A stretch of 64,000 bases of DNA, from NCBI GenBank assembly GCA_028534125.1, contig CM052816.1, positions 85,562,001-85,626,000 of the forward strand, read 5' to 3'. The position numbers and the translations under genes are program-made. The DNA comes from Lama glama (taxonomy: Eukaryota). A model generated the notes under the pieces. That model saw nothing but the letters and a program-made list of their open reading frames with translations, had not been told where the DNA came from and did no database searches. Shown here piece by piece: positions 13,889 to 26,779 of this stretch; position 1 is the stretch's first letter; every line of letters starts with the position of its first letter.

Positions 13889-16800
13889 TGTAAAAATCCT
13901 CAACAAAATGTTAGGAAACCAAATTCAACAAGATTTTAAAAGGCTATCATATATCATGATCAAGTGGGATATATCTCAGAGATGAAAGAATGGTTTCATA
14001 TTCACAAATCAACTGAGAGACATCACATTAACAAAAGGAAGGATAAAAATAACATGATTGTCTCAATAGATGTAGAAAAGCTTTTGACAAAATTCAGCAT
14101 CCATTTATGATAAAAACTCTCAACCAAGTAGGGGTAGTAGGAACATACTGCAACATAATGAAGGACATATGTGACAAACCTATGGCCAACACTATAATCA
14201 ATGGCAAAAAGCATTAAGCTTTTCCTCTAAGATCAGGAACAAGAAAGTAATGTCCATTCTTTTCACTTTTATTCAACACAGTAAGGGAAGTCCTAGCCAC
14301 AACAATTGGATAAGGAAAAGAATTATGCATTCAAATTGGAAAGGCAGAAGTAAAACTGTCATTATTTGCAGATGACATGATAGTATCTATAGAAAAGCCT
14401 GAAGACTCCACCAAAAAAATGTTAAAACCAGTAAATGAATTCAGTAAATTTTTAGGATAGAAAATTAATTTAAAGAAATCTGTTGCATTCCTATACACTA
14501 ACAATAAACTATCAGAAAAAGAAATTAAGAAGATAATCCCATTTACAACTACATTAACAAGAATATAATATCTAGGAATAAACTTAACTAAGGAGATGAA
14601 ATATCTGTACTGTGAAAACTATAAGACATTGGTGGAAAAAAAATGGAGAAGACATAAATAAATGGAAATATACACCATGTTCATGAATTGGAAGCATACT
14701 GCCAAAATGCCCCTACTACCCAAAGCAATCTACAGATTCAACACAATCCCCATAAAAATACTCACGGCAGCATTTTTTTTTTTCACAGAACCAGAGGAAA
14801 TAATCTTAACATTTATATGAAACCACAAAAGACCCTGAATAACCAAATCAATCTTGAAAAAAAGGAACAAATCTGGAAGTATCAAGCTCCCTGATTTCAA
14901 AGTATACTGCAAAGCTATATTAATCAACATAGTACGGTACTGACACAAATTAGGCACATAGATTAATGGAACAGAATAGACAGCCCAGAAATAAACCCAT
15001 GCATATTTGATCAATTAATCTACAACAAAGGTGGCAAGGATATACAATAGGGGAAAGATAGACTTTTCAAAAACTGCTGTTGAGAAAAGTGGAAAGTTAT
15101 AGGCAAAAAATGATCTTAGACCATAAGCAAAATTTAACTCAACATGTATTAAAGACTTGAAAATAAATCCTAAAACCATAAAAATCCTAGAAGAAAAAAG
15201 ATAACATAGGTTGTAATTCCTTGACATTGGTCTTAGAAATATTTTAAAAAATCTAACTCCATATGCAAGGGCAATAAAAGCAAAACTAAACATATGGGAC
15301 TACATCAAACTAAAAAGCCTTTTCACAATGAAGGAAACCATTGGCAAAATGAAAAGCCAACTTACTGAATTGGAGAAGATACTTTCAAATTATGTATTCA
15401 GTAAAGGGTTAACATCCAAAGTATATAAAAAACTCATATAACAAAGCATAAAAAATACGATTAAAAATGTGCAGAGGACCTGAATAGACTTTTTTTTCCC
15501 CAAAGGAGACATATAGATGGCCTACAGGCACATGAAAAGATGCTCAATATCTCTAATCATCAGGGAAAAGCAAATCAAAACCACAATGAGATATCACTTC
15601 ACACTTGTCAGAATGGCTAGTATCAAAAAGACAAGAAATAACAAGTGTTGGCAAGGATGTTGGGAAAAGGGAACCCTCATGCACTGTTGATGGGAATGGT
15701 GCAGTCACAATAGAAAACAGTATGGATGATCCTCAGAAAATTTAACTTGAAACTGTTACACAATCCAGCAACTCCACTTCTTGATATTTATCTGAAGAAA
15801 AAGAAAACACTAATTCAAAAAGATATATGCACACTTTGTTCTCAGCATCATTATTTATAATAGCCAAAATACTGAAGCAACCTAAGTGTCTATCAATAGA
15901 CGAACTGATAAAGAAGAGGTAGTGTATATATATTGTATGTATGACATACTACTTAGCTATAAAAGGAATGAAATCTTACCACTGGAACAATATGTTTGGA
16001 CCTTGAAGATATTATGTAAGTGAAATATGTCAGATAGAAAAAGACAAATACTGTATGATTTCACTGATATGTGGTATGTAAAAATAAAACAAATAAACAA
16101 AACAAAACCAGACTCATAGATACAAAGAACAAACTGGTGGGACTAGAGGGGAGCCGGGTTGGGAGGCGAGCAAAATGAGTGAGGGGGATCAAGAGGTAGT
16201 CTTCAAGTTACAAATGTCATGGAGTGGCAAGCACAGCATGGGGAATATAGGTAATTATATTGTTTAACTTTGCATGGTGCAGATGGTAAGTAGACATTGC
16301 GGTCATTAATTTGTAATGTATATAAATGTAGAACTATCATGCTGTACACCTGAAACTAATATAATACTATAGCTCAATTACACTTCAATAAAAAACTAAA
16401 AAATACCTTATTTGATAAATTTTAATCAGACAGGCTTATAAATATTGTGATACAGCATATATAATATGCATTAATGCATATGTATTTCACATTCATCTAT
16501 ATAATTTTTAAATTTCTTTGAAATTTATACTATTACTTCCAATTATTTTACTTTACCATGAATAGCTGTCAAGATATGCTTCCCTGAGAATATTCTCTTC
16601 ACTGCTGAAATTATTGATATTAACCTTAAAATATAATTAATTTCAGTGCAGAAATTATATATTAAAAATCTGTATGTTGTTTTATTTATGGTTCACTAGT
16701 ATTTTATTTCATTTATATTTTATTTTTTAGTAATGTGTCCTCTGGGATGCCAAGAGAAGAAAACTTTTATATTTCTACATTCTAATAGAGTATATTTTCA

Positions 16801-17707
16801 TCCCTTGCTGAAGTGTTCTCAGCTATTCACTACTAAATGAATTATTAGTCCAGTCACTTCTGCACAAGTATAAAAATGTTCAGAAAAAGTAAACAAGTGA
16901 CATATAATTCATCACAGTCCTGCCAGTGTCCTTTGCCAATAGACTCTGCTATGAAACATGGTGAACTAAAAATGCTCTTTTATGACAACAGGTTCAGTAA
17001 GACTCTCAAGGAGCAGTGCTACTTAATAGTGCTTGTATTTTTTTCCATTAAAATTTCAAAAACAAAAACCAACTAAATGTAAAAGAAAACCGTGGGTATT
17101 TTTTATTGCATGATCCGGCAACGGGTAGTGAATAAGCATGGGAAGCAAGGATATCCATCAGAATTCATGAGAATAAGAAGTGGGGGCTTACATCTTATCA
17201 GTTCAAAAAGTCAAGTGAGTATTATTGCCTTCCCTGAACACATCCTTGTAACATCAAAAGCAGAACACTCGATGATAAGCAAAAACTCTGAGCCTCACAA
17301 ACTGGGCACGTTCTTCAGAAATGTCCCCACCTTTCACCACCTCTTATCAAAAATAAGTAGCAGGATAGGGTACAGTGATGACAACAAAAACTTCAGCAAC
17401 ATTCCAAAAAGTTCACAGATCTTACCAAAATTTTAATGAAAGAACATCTTATGATCTGCTGACCAAGCTTGACACAAGGTTTCTAATCTATCTCACAATG
17501 ATCAGGATTGTGAGTGGAGAACTATGGCCCTGAGAAATGAAATGCTGAGCCATCCCAGAAGACAGTGGCAAGTAACAAACTCACATCTAAGTGATCAGTT
17601 CATGGCCACCTGAAAATTAACAGAAGTGATTCAAATTGGGAGATTTTTCTCTGGAGCAAAAGTACATTGTAAAAGCCTTGACTCTCTAACAAAGATGTGA
17701 AGTTTGA

Positions 17708-17941
17708 ACAGCATGATGACTATAATTAATAATACTCCATTGTATGTATGAAAATTGCTGAGAGAGTAGATCTTGAAAGTTGTCATCGCAGGGAAAAAAT
17801 TGTTAATATGTATGGTGATGGATGTTAACTAGATTTAATTGTTTGATCATTTCACAATATATGCAAATATCAAATTAAGCTTTACATCTGAAACTAATAT
17901 AATATTATATGTCAATAATATCTCAATTATTTTTCTTTAAT
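17708..17941 (+). mobile_element. 5'-truncated L1 3' end (L1MA/L1MB-like)
   Basis: Typical 3'UTR text 'gctgagagagtagatcttgaaagtt...tgaaactaatataatattatatgtcaat'. Exact 13-bp TSD ATGTGAAGTTTGA at 17695-17707 and 17942-17954. Confidence 0.92.
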
Positions 17942-20706
17942 ATGTGAAGTTTGAGAAAGTTAGGAGAAAGAGAAATTGGGGGGTGGTCTCCAGATCATTG
18001 GGTAGAAGGTCACTTATACCCAAGAGGCTATAGTCCATCATGTTCTCATATAAAGATTTATAACTTCATGGGAGCAGGGAAAACATCCTGAATGGCCTAT
18101 AGACTTTGGTCAATGTTAGTAATCATTTTTTTTTCCAGTTAAACTAAAAACAAACGAACAGTGTTCGGTTCCCAATGACTGGACTCTGCTGCAGAGGAAA
18201 TAAATACAACATTGTAAAGTTTGGTATAAAGGTTAGGCAGAAAAATATAAGATCAATTACAGGTAGCAACCCCACAATTGCAGCTAACAAAGAAAGCAAA
18301 ATTGAACTACTTTAAAAAGATGCACATGAGAGTGCTGGGTGGGGAGCGGATCTTGAGAATGGGGAAAACAAGACATAAGAGGAGAAATACCACTAGAAGG
18401 AATGAACTAATCCTTTATTTTCTTGCTACATCCTGGACAAAGGATTGGGTAATATATCATCATCATTGAAACAGGTCTGAACAATACACATAATGGATCA
18501 AAGAAGTCAGTATAAGGACGTATTATCTCATAGTGCAAGCTTAATTTTAACCCCAAATCAGTCATATTTTCAGGAGATTTCCAAGAATTAGAAGTCTAGT
18601 GAACTAATATTTATCTCACTGGCTAAGTATGAAGACTCAAGGGAACAGCTGAAATGATTAAATGGGTATTAATTTCTATATCCAGAAACTTATCTACTCG
18701 TATTAGCCCTAGGGGTGAAGGACACATTTTATTAATTTAATTACTGATGTTCAGGAAGCAATTGTGCCTGTGCTATGATATCCTAATGTAATCTTAAAGC
18801 CCTGGAAAATATACTTGAAGATGTAAATCTACTTCCTGTCTAAGAGAACAGACTCTAATGAATATTTTAGACCAGATCCAAAATGCTAGTAATAGGAGTT
18901 TTCCAAGGTGCTAAAAAACATTCTGCTATACCTTTTAGATCCAGGGGATATAACTATGAATGCTACAATAAAGTCTTTAAACATGGTTATGAATGTGATA
19001 TCTAAATCAATAATCACAAATTTGGAATTGAATGATACAATCAGGTCTGCGAAGGAAAGGTATACTTCAGGTTTCTGCACTCTGGGATTTGTGTTTGACT
19101 ATGAGCTTCCTACACAAGGCCTCAGGTTCCTAGAGAAATTAGATACTCCTGGTTTACTGTTGGTAGTATGATCATTCAGAAAACATGAACTCTAAATCCT
19201 AGCACAAATTTCAGATCTGATGCCTGCATTTCCATCGGTTTCAGTTAGGTAAACAACCCAAGCATGTTTAACTGCATCAGAAATACTTTTTAATGTCTCA
19301 TCAATACTTAAAGGCAATATCAAGCAAGGTATATATAGAGGGGTAAAATCTAATTTTAACCTTCTCTCGGTGTATATATTATAATAATTGAGTTCAGACT
19401 TGCCCTATGCAATTTTTAATTCAAATTCCCTTATAGAAATAGTTCCACAATGAGTTCTAAGGTGACAAATGACCCTTTTCATCTTTTATTATCACACAAT
19501 CAATCAAATTCAGTTAAAATATTAAGAAATTTCAAGAAGAAGCAAGGTTGTTCTGTGCCATAACCAATCCTTTTAACATTCTAGGCAGACCAATGAAGCA
19601 ACCATATGGAACATATCAACCCACTGTGAACTACTTGCATATAGCTCAGGTATTCTCAGTATTACAAAAGGAGTATTAGGTATTATTATAACTTGGAAAA
19701 ATCATAACCCCAGTCTCAGGAACGCTTTGTACAATCTTGAATTTAGCAAATGCATTAATTTCATCACCAGTATAACCTGGTATACAAACCCCAATTTTAT
19801 TGGTATGATAGTGACAGCGATCTCCCCCCTTTGCCTCAAATCAAAATGATAGTAAACATTCTGTTCCTATGACATAATTTATTTGGAAGGAATCTAAACT
19901 GGACCATTGATTAAATTCTACTAGTTGCCACTCTAATGTATTAAATCAGTTATACATTTCTCAGGTTAAATGGAGATACTGAAATGAATACTCTAGGTTT
20001 CTTTTCACTGTGTATATTGGAGCAAGTGTGAGTGATATATACAAATAAATCCAAAGCATCCAACCAGTGACAAACTCATTAGGGTCCAATATATGAGAAC
20101 TATATTTAAAGATCTCACAGTACACCTAGCCCCAAATGTCTCTTTGGATAAGGTAGACAGAGCATGCATTCAGAGAATCTTATTTATATGATTATATTGG
20201 TTCATAAGCAATGCAAATTAACTTAGTGGAACACAGAGCAGCAATAATTCCAGCACAAGGTCAATTTTAGGTTGGGCATATATATCTTAGAGTGTCCAAG
20301 TAGACTGGCATGCCAATGTCTCAAGTCTTTGGGAGACCCACAAGAGAGTTAAAAATGATACTTTCTAAAACTGGAAATGAAAAGAATGGTCATGTTAATT
20401 AAAATGTACCTGTAAGAGATACATAAATGTAAGACTCCATAGACTAGCAGTGACTAGAACAGCTTATTCTGAAATGGGTGATGTACAACACTAAAACTAA
20501 CAATATAGGACAAGTTGAATAGCATACAATGGTAAAATGGGAAATACATGTCATGTACAGGGCTTCACTTGATGTCACTTTTGTTAAGATCCTTTGTCAG
20601 TTCATTGGAGACAGTAAGAAGATGAACTAATCTGGTTTCTTGCAGCATTTTTGAAGGGAGATTGCGAGTGACTATTAAAACTTCAGTATTATTGAAGTTT
20701 TGTCTC

Positions 20707-21816
20707 TAATAAACAAACAGGACCTAATTAAACTTCAAAGCTTTTGCACAGTAAACAAAACTACTGACAAAATGAAAAGACAACCTACTGAACAGGAGAA
20801 GTTATTTGCAAATTCTATGACTAATATGGGGTTAATATCCAAAATATATAAACAGCTCATACAACTCAACATTAAAAAAAAAAAAAACTCAATTATAAAA
20901 TGGGCAGAAGACCTGAACATTTTTCCAAAGAAGAAACGCAGAGGGTCAACAGGCACTCGAAAAAACAGTCAGCATTGCTAATTATCAGGGAAATGCAAAT
21001 CAAAACCACAAAACCTTATACCTGTCAGAATGGCTATCATGAAAAAGAACACAAATACATGTTTGCATGATATGGAGAAAATGGAACTCTCATACACTGT
21101 GACTATAAATCAGTGCTGCCACTGTGGAAAACAGTATGGAGGTTTCTCAAAGAACTAAATAAAAATAGGACTACCATATGACCCAGCAATTCCACTCCTG
21201 GGTACATAGCTGAAAAAAATAAAAACACTAATTTGAAAAGATAACATGCACCCCAATGTTCATAACAGCATTATTTAAAATTGCCAAGATATGGAACCAA
21301 CCTAAGTGTCCATTGACAGATGACTGAATGAAGAAGGCATGGTGTATGTACATACAGTGAAATACTACTCAGCCATAAAAAGAACAAAATTTTGCCATTT
21401 CCAACAACATGGAGGGGCTTGGAGGGTATTATGCTGAGTGAAATAAGTCAAACAGAGAAAGACAAATACTGTATTATATAACTTATATGTGGAATCTAAA
21501 AATACAGCAAACTAGTAAATATAACAGAAAAAGAAATAGACTCATAAACATACAGAACAAACTAGTGGTTACCAGTGGGGAAAGGGAAAGGAGGAGAGGC
21601 AATATAGAGGTAGGAGATTAAGAATTATAAACTATTATGTATAAAATTAGCTAGAAGGACATACTGTACAACACAGGGAATATAGTCAAAATTTTATAAT
21701 AACTATAAATGGAGTATAACTTTTAAAAATTGTGCCTCACTATTACTGTACACCTGTAACTTATATAATGTTGTAGATCAACTATACTTCAATTTTTGAA
21801 ATATGTAAAAAAAAAA
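20707..21816 (+). mobile_element. 5'-truncated L1 (ORF2 C-terminus plus 3'UTR and A-tail)
   Basis: Track ORF 20700-20981 'DLIKLQSFCTVNKTTDKMKRQPTE' is ORF2-like. Diagnostic 'ctaccatatgacccagcaattccactcctgggt'. A-run at 21807-21816. Possible degenerate TSD cttcagtatt (20681-20690) / ctttagtatt (21819-21828). Confidence 0.94.
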
Positions 21817-23049
21817 CCCTTTAGTATTCTCTAATCTTTGTTAAAAAGAGTAGGCATTATTCATTGTTGGTGTTAGACATTTTCTAAAGTTGCAAAAATT
21901 CAAATAATTTTTATTCTATGCTGAAAATTATAATTTTCAAGATAAGGAGGGACCATCAAGAAATGCTGCAATTTTATGTATATGATTAAGTATTACTTAA
22001 ATTAGAGACTGAAGCCATCTTTTAACCTGTACCCACACTCTTTAACACTTTTACTCAATCTCCTTCAGTATTCTTAATCATATATTATTCTACTTTCAAA
22101 TAAAATATTATTATAAAATAATATAATAATTCTCAGTAAAGGGTCAAATCCCCAGTATAATTCATCCCAATCTTCAGAAGAGAAGTATGTCGATATGTTC
22201 ATAATTTTGCCCTGTTCTCAAGATTACTGGACTTTATAACACTTGAGAATTTTTTTGACATGTTACTGTTACTCAAAATACAAAAAAGAACATTTATTTG
22301 GTAAGATTTCTGGCATCCTTACTGCTGGTTAGTAAGTAACTGTGAGGCAAGCCCTTTTAGGTTGACTTAAAAGTTTGGTTAGGGCAGTATTTGCCTTCTT
22401 GAAAGGAGAGTTGGTAGGACTATTGCTATTGCTCTAGCATTAACCACCAGATCAGGGTTTGGAATTGATGACATCATCACTGGACCTTAGAAGCAGCAAA
22501 AGTTGAAGTTGTAAAAAAGCTTTAAGTAGAATGAAATTTGACAGATGCCTTTAAGCTATGCTGATCTCTCAATTACAGTAGCCAATAGACTTTGCAGGCA
22601 ATTGAATGCATGAGCTAATCCTCTGGTGTAGGATAAAGTACCCATGGGTCTGATTTTGTTTTGTTTTGTGCTTCCAAGAAGCAAAAATATCTTGATGAGA
22701 CAGCAGAATAGCAATAGTTTCAGGTAGCAACAAAGTAGAAGAGAGACACAAAACTGTGCTCTCGATTTTGAGCACAAGGTCCATGTCGTTAGTGGGAGGG
22801 GAAAAAAAAAAAACAACAGCAGCTAATTGGAGAAGTACAAAGGAAGTATTGTTCTCAAAGGGCAACCAGCATTAAGTCAGGAGATAAAGAGATGGAGAAA
22901 ATGATTTAAGTTGTAACAAACAAAAATAATTCTTATAGAGAAGCAGTACTAAAGTCAGCGGAAGATTTTGTGGGTAGGAGAGCTGGATATCTGGGCTAGA
23001 CATCTGGGTTAGAAATCAAATACAAAGTAGGGAACATGCAGCTGTGTAA

Positions 23050-23213
23050 CAGTGATTTCTCAAAATGTTAAGCCTCATGTAGTCACCTGGGAAGCTTGCT
23101 AAAGTGCACATTTTGGTTCTGGACGTCTGGAGCTGCTCTAAGATTTTGCACTTCCTGTAAGTCCCTCACATACCAACTGTGCTGATTTGTGGACAATGAT
23201 TTGGGTAGCAAGG
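23050..23213. mobile_element. MER5A1-like hAT-Charlie DNA transposon fossil
   Basis: 'cagtgatttctcaaa...tcacctgggaagcttgctaaa...ggacaatgatttgggtagcaagg' matches my recollection of the MER5A/MER5A1 consensus. Confidence 0.7.
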
Positions 23214-23709
23214 CTATTGGCCAAATGGCTCATTGACTTACACTGTGGGGATAAAAAGTAGGAATGAGAAGGATAGGTCCCCATGCCCTGCTTAGCAAAT
23301 CGAGACTGGAGAACAAAGATTTGAATGAAGTAGAAAAGGCTGCTTTATTTCTTTGTCAGGCAAAAGAGGTCACAGTGGGCAAATGCCTCTAAGACTATGA
23401 GCCTGCCGGGGAGAGAAGACAGGGGGTTTTATAGTAAAAGTTTAAGAGTTCAAGGGACAGAGCTAGTTTCCATAGAGATAGCATACAGGGTAACAAACTG
23501 TTGCTCAGTTGTTCTTGGTTTTGCAGATGCAGTGGTCCCCTTGCCTCAGCTAGGTATGAAGTTCACCTCCAGCTTTGGGACTCTCTTAATATTCTTGTAC
23601 CTAGAACAAAGGCTGCATAGGAATGGACTCTGTGGGAAAAAAATCTCTGGAGAAAAACCTGTGCAGTTTAAAGTCAGGTTGATAAATGCTTTTAGCCTTT
23701 TAAGCAGGC

Positions 23710-23995
23710 TGAGGACTGAGACTTCCTGCTGCAGGCCTCAGCCTGCAGCTGGAACAACAGGAAACGGCAAGTGGTCAAAAACTACAGACAGGCACAGTTG
23801 GGGTGAGTTATGAAAAACAAGATGCACAAAACACCCGACTGCTGTTTCTGACATGTCAGGGTCAAGAGGAGGGCACTGGGGTCAGGAGCAGGTCACTGGG
23901 GGCAAGAGCAAGGCACTGAGCATGATCCCTGCACAGAGCACCACTAAGGGGCTGGGCCGCCACCCAAGCCTCCCTCTTCTCCAGCCCAACCCTGG
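23710..23995 (+). mobile_element. Partial second LTR (U3 portion) nested in opposite orientation
   Basis: Starts TGAGGACTGA. Contains 'gcactgagcatgatccctgcacagagcaccactaaggggctgggccgccacccaagcc', which resembles cetartiodactyl ERV1 LTR U3 sequence as I recall it. Ends before any TATA or polyA signal. Confidence 0.5.
23861..23920. repeat. Three tandem imperfect 20-bp units inside the LTR
   Basis: gtcaagaggagggcactggg / gtcaggagcaggtcactggg / ggcaagagcaaggcactgag. Confidence 0.9.
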
Positions 23996-25279
23996 TTAGC
24001 AAGAGCATGAGAAAAACCCCTTCCAGCCATTAAACAGTTAAGCAGTTACAAACACCATTACACATATCAGATGTTCACCAATGATGACAATAGCGTTCTG
24101 CTGGCTAAAACTTCCCCCTTTTCTTTTCTTTCCCCTTTTTCTTCTCAGCCTTGAGGAGGAAGGGGTGCTGGACAAGAGATGTTAATTTTAAACTTGGCAA
24201 AGGAACTTGGTTTTAGTTTCCATCTCTGTTTCAGAAAGTGAGTACTAAGTTTAGTGGTTAGAAGACTAATCTCAAACTGCAGGATTTATATTACTTACAC
24301 TCTCCAGATGATTTGTGAACTGCTTAGGGGGAGAAGTCATGTGGAATTTTTAAACTTTTTATTAATTTCAGGAATGTCTACTTGATTCAATGAAGGTTCC
24401 AAATAAATATTTCTTCTTTGATTAATTCATTAGTGTATGCCTTTTATCTAAAGGGAAAATGTATCTGTCCATGGTGGATTGCACTAAATAATAAGCTGAA
24501 TAATAAAGCAGTCACTGCATTTTTAAACAATTGTAACTCATTCATTACTTTGAATTAATATTATGCCATTTTTAGTGATTTGGTTTCATTTTTATATTTG
24601 TAATAGCCACTTATCGTGATTTTAATTATAACCAACTTAATTTAATGCATTTTCCAAATAACTTCATTATTATGCAAGACAGAAATAGCCCTCAAGGTAA
24701 ATTATACATGGGAGTGGCTTAATAAATAATCTCGTATTTTTAAAATATCTGTATATGTGTAGTATTGTCATTAATCAATCTGTATAAGATAGTTGTTTCT
24801 TATATAAATTCACATAACAATTTTTCTGTATAGAACTTCTAGAAAAATATAAATACTAATAATATTAAATAACTTACTCTTCTCTTAAGTCAAATAATAT
24901 ATACACTAAACTATGCACAAATATGTGTTAAATTAGCATATTGCCTGATCCAATATCTTTTATTTTGTCCTTTTTTTTTGTTAGGGTTATATTCAATTCC
25001 ATTTAATTAAGTAAATACTAACTGAACAATTTTTATCATCAGTGCCTTATATATTATACTCTGGAGACACAATAGTGAATTACAATAATTACAATTATTC
25101 ACACTGGAATCACATGGAGACCATAGACCTCTCAGTGCACAGCATTCTGTATAAGCACTGTAACAGCAGAACAATGTAATGCAAAAGTGCAGATAAGTAA
25201 CGTGATTTTCATTCATTGCATTTGTTGAGCCTTCAACAGGAAATCAGTGCATTTGATCTTGACCTTTAAAATTTAATGA

Positions 25280-25576
25280 GAAAATTTATTACTCATAGTT
25301 CTAGAGACTGGAAGTACAAAATTAGGGTGCCAGCATGGACAGGTATTGGTGAGGGTCCTCTTTCCAGTTGCAGATCCCTGACTTCTTGTATCCTACAAGG
25401 TGGGAAGAGGGAGAGAGATTCTCTGGGGTCCCTTTTGTAAGGTCACTAATTCCATTCATGAGGGTTTCACCCTTGTGACCTAATTACCTCCAAAATCCCC
25501 ACCCCCTAATACATCAGATAGGGGTTAAGATTTCAACAAATGAAGTTAAGGAGACAGAAAAATTCAGTCCATAACA
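25280..25576 (-). mobile_element. MaLR LTR (MLT1A-like)
   Basis: 'atttattactcatagttctagagactggaagt', 'cactaattccattcatgaggg', 'gacctaattacctcc' and terminal 'attcagtccataaca' (minus-strand TGTTATGGACTGAAT). Confidence 0.9.
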
Positions 25577-26456
25577 ATAAGCAAGACAAAAGACATGGAA
25601 ATGTTAATGTCAGGAGCCTTTTAGACAAGCAGCATGGTGGAATTGAAAGGGGGGAAGGTATCCGGAACATAAATTTGGAGGCACAAACATAGTGGTACAA
25701 TGATATCAGTATAACTTTTGAAAATATTTTAATCTGATATTTTCCATGTAATTATAATACCCACAACCAACATGAATTTAAAAATATCAGGCAGAACTGA
25801 GATTGAACTAAAGACTGACATACATAAAACAGCCCTTATTTGTTTGTACTATACTCATTCAACCACAAGAATGGCTTATTATCGGTAGTGTTTATTTTGT
25901 AGCATCCCTATATCATGTTAGGAGATGCAGCAATGCCAGTTGTTTTCATTATGACCATTACAGTGATAACATGGAAATATGGGATTTTGGTGAGTCTGAT
26001 TTTGATCATCCTCAGCTTGATAAATGGTGGGGTGGGTGGTCTCTTTAGGGCTGAGCCTAGTACAGAGTGACGTGGTGTCAGAGTCCATTTGGTTCAAGAG
26101 CGTGCAGGATTTAAAACTGTGATGTGTATATGGAACATAATCCTATATACGCTAAAAGGGTCAAAGGGAAAAGTTGAACAAGGTTATGAGTTTAGTTTCT
26201 CATTAAAGAACAGTGTCTCAAAGGAGGACTAAAACATGTCAGGGGCAAGAGCTGACTAGGAAGCCATGATCCTGAAGAGCAAGGGGATGTCACAGACCCT
26301 GAGGGGAGGGGTGGCAGAACAACAGGTGAAAATTGTAAATTCGAGTATCTTAGACAATATTTTAGAACATATCTTAGCTGGGGGCTGAAATAATTGTACA
26401 CAGCTGATTTTTTTGCACTCTCTTCAGTAAAGTAAAAGACTTGTCTACAGCTAATA

Positions 26457-26627
26457 CAGAGATTATCAACTAAGCCTTCACATTGAAATCACCTGGGTAA
26501 AAACCGAAGCAGTGTTCATGCCCATGCCCTACTGCAGATCAACTGGATCAAAATCAAAGAAGAAGAGACTGTTATTTTTAAAAGCTCCCCAGATGATTCT
26601 CAGATACAGCAGGATTAAAAACTACTG
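26457..26627. mobile_element. MER5B-like hAT-Charlie fossil
   Basis: 'cacattgaaatcacctggg...tttttaaaagctccccagatgattct...aaaactactg' with degenerate CAG...CTG ends. Confidence 0.72.
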
Positions 26628-26779
26628 ATTCAATTGATCAAGAAATTGAAACAAAATCAAAAATTCTCAGGAGGCGTAGTTACGAAATTTGCCTCTATCC
26701 ATGCATCCCATAAGATGTACTCAAAGATTGATTACTCTGGTAAAGTGAAAGAGTAATTTTTTTTTCTGGAGAAAAGAAC

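Larger units (their letters stand above)
11762..15900 (+). pseudogene. L1 ORF2p remnant (endonuclease, reverse transcriptase, C-terminal Cys-rich domain), non-functional
   Basis: Endonuclease start 'ITLNVVGLNAS' (~11785) and 'FPRIHHMLGH' (track ORF 11984-12427). RT motif FADD at 14365-14376 (SLFADDMIV). C-terminal 'CWQGC' at ~15646. Fragmented across frames and interrupted by microsatellites and an N gap. Confidence 0.93.
10046..16399 (+). mobile_element. Near full-length decayed LINE-1 (partial 5'UTR, ORF1, long inter-ORF spacer, ORF2, 3'UTR, short A-tail)
   Basis: Exact 14-bp target-site duplication AAAATACCTTATTT at 10032-10045 and 16400-16413. Collinear ORF1 and ORF2 remnants. Terminal 'ctcaattacacttcaataaaaaa' at about 16373-16395. 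Many stops and frameshifts. Confidence 0.96.
23265..24233 (-). mobile_element. Solo ERV (probably ERV1-class) LTR, composite
   Basis: TG...CA termini at 23265 and 24233. Minus-strand TATAAAA at 23427-23433 and AATAAA at 23344-23349, in U3-R order. GC content is higher than the flanks. Flanks ggaa/gaaa are an imperfect 4-bp TSD. Confidence 0.78.

Noticed and set aside
13214..13985. Two 230-aa ORFs, the longest in the track
   Set aside because: Artefacts of translating through the 500-N gap. The flanks are L1 ORF2 and microsatellite.
17092..17436. 114-aa ORF in unique sequence
   Set aside because: GTG start, no recognisable domain and no convincing splice context. Consistent with chance.
23397..23813. 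138-aa ORF within the LTR
   Set aside because: Antisense to the host LTR, crosses the nested-element junction, and has no gag/pol/env motifs.
23861..23920. CRISPR-like array or other prokaryotic system
   Set aside because: The units abut with no spacers and lie in a mammalian LTR. Nothing in the window is prokaryotic.
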